DNA of 34,584 bases, taken from the NCBI GenBank assembly GCA_037131655.1, contig JBAXQP010000001.1, forward strand, positions 1 through 34,584, given 5' to 3'. The position numbers were made by a program, and so were the translations under genes. Each line of letters opens with the position of its first letter. Position 1 is the stretch's first letter. The notes under the pieces were generated by a model. The model saw only the letters and a program-made list of their open reading frames with translations, was not told the origin of the DNA and did no database searches. The DNA comes from a bacterium (GTDB lineage: Bacteria; Armatimonadota; Fimbriimonadia; Fimbriimonadales; JBAXQP01). Shown piece after piece: positions 33,906 through 34,584 of the stretch.

Positions 33906-34414
33906 TTGGCAAGCTCAGCGCGGTGCTTTGCGAGCATGGATTGGAATTCAGGAAAGCGCATATCTTCCGTCCACATAACAACCGCGTTTTCTTTGTTGTC
34001 GGGGTAGTAACGGCGACGGACAGCAACCGCTTTAAACCCATATTTCTTATACAGGTTTTGGGCGGCAAGGTTACTCTCCCGAACTTCGAGGGTGGCTTGC
34101 CTCATCCCTTTATCGATAGCCACATCAATCAGTTCGAGCAATATTTGTTCGCCGATCCGGCGTCCACGGTAAACGGGGTCGACCGCAATCGTGGTAATGT
34201 GCGCCTCATCGATAAGCAGCCACATTCCGCCATAACCAACGACCGAACCGGAACGCTTGGCGACGAAATAAAAGGCCGAACTGTTAGTTAGCTCGTTGGC
34301 AAAACTGGTGTGATGCCATGGAAGCGTAAAAGAACGCTTCTCAATCTCCCACACGGTGGGCAAATGTTCGGTGAGCATTTGCTCGAATGTTACATCCTCA
34401 ATAACAGTGGACAT
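33902..34414 (-). CDS. rimI: Ribosomal-protein-alanine N-acetyltransferase (GNAT)
   Basis: 170 aa. The GNAT acetyl-CoA motif is VYRGRRIGEQIL. It overlaps tsaD by 4 nt, the usual rimI-tsaD linkage. Confidence 0.8.
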   Translation of the reverse strand: MSTVIEDVTFEQMLTEHLPTVWEIEKRSFTLPWHHTSFANELTNSSAFYFVAKRSGSVVGYGGMWLLIDEAHITTIAVDPVYRGRRIGEQILLELIDVAIDKGMRQATLEVRESNLAAQNLYKKYGFKAVAVRRRYYPDNKENAVVMWTEDMRFPEFQSMLAKHRAELAK

Positions 34415-34462
34415 TTATGGTGCAGAGTGTAGCACAGAGTGAGTTCACTGTCAACCACGAAT

Positions 34463-34584
34463 TTAGCCGGTATCCAGTTTATAAAGTTCCACGGGGTTGT
34501 CATAGAGCCATTTTTGGGCGATTCTAATGGCTTGGGTTTCCGTTAATTTCTTATTTGCAATTCGATTAGCCAGTACCCCGGCGA
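34463..34584 (-). CDS. 3' end of a truncated gene (39 codons plus stop); possibly an amidohydrolase-type C-terminus
   Basis: Manual minus-strand translation gives AGVLANRIANKKLTETQAIRIAQKWLYDNPVELYKLDTG, with the stop TAA at 34465-34463. It continues beyond the right window edge. The family guess rests only on the ...NPVELYKL ending. Confidence 0.35.
   Translation of the reverse strand, partial: AGVLANRIANKKLTETQAIRIAQKWLYDNPVELYKLDTG

Overview
A 34.6 kb chromosomal segment that looks like mostly core genome from a flagellated diderm bacterium. This is an inference from SepF, RNase J, an OprO/P-like porin and flagellar rod genes occurring together; I cannot place the taxon. I support 33 protein-coding genes, one tRNA-Gln, several stem-loops and terminators, a clear Pho-box array and a family of REP-like intergenic palindromes.

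Gene order, left to right:
- flgB-flgC-fliE-fliF (minus strand).
- An orphan beta-class DNA methyltransferase.
- A translationally coupled GT2 and O-antigen-ligase-family/TPR pair.
- tRNA-Gln(UUG) with a consensus promoter.
- gmhB, then phoU-yggS-sepF, then an epimerase-family SDR.
- A Pho-box-driven porin-pstSCAB operon, then an SDR.
- rnj and an unrecognisable 261-aa protein.
- A DUF1015-DUF92 pair.
- A minus-strand glycan block: methyltransferase, GT4, NDP-sugar pyrophosphorylase, DegT aminotransferase, NDP-sugar pyrophosphorylase, secreted protein.
- Two tandem diverged paralogues of a ~590-aa envelope protein of unknown function.
- tsaD-rimI and a truncated gene at the right edge.

I see no transposase, integrase, reverse transcriptase, CRISPR array, toxin-antitoxin pair or restriction endonuclease. 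I cannot demonstrate a discrete novel system. The best candidates for uncharacterised biology are:
- The anchored-plus-secreted paralogue pair at 29030-32656, together with the divergently transcribed, circularly permuted orphan methyltransferase that carries an A8 tract.
- The GT2 / Wzy_C-TPR pair beside the flagellar genes.
- The orphan 261-aa protein at 19588-20373.

All family assignments come from motif recognition by eye. No database search was run.
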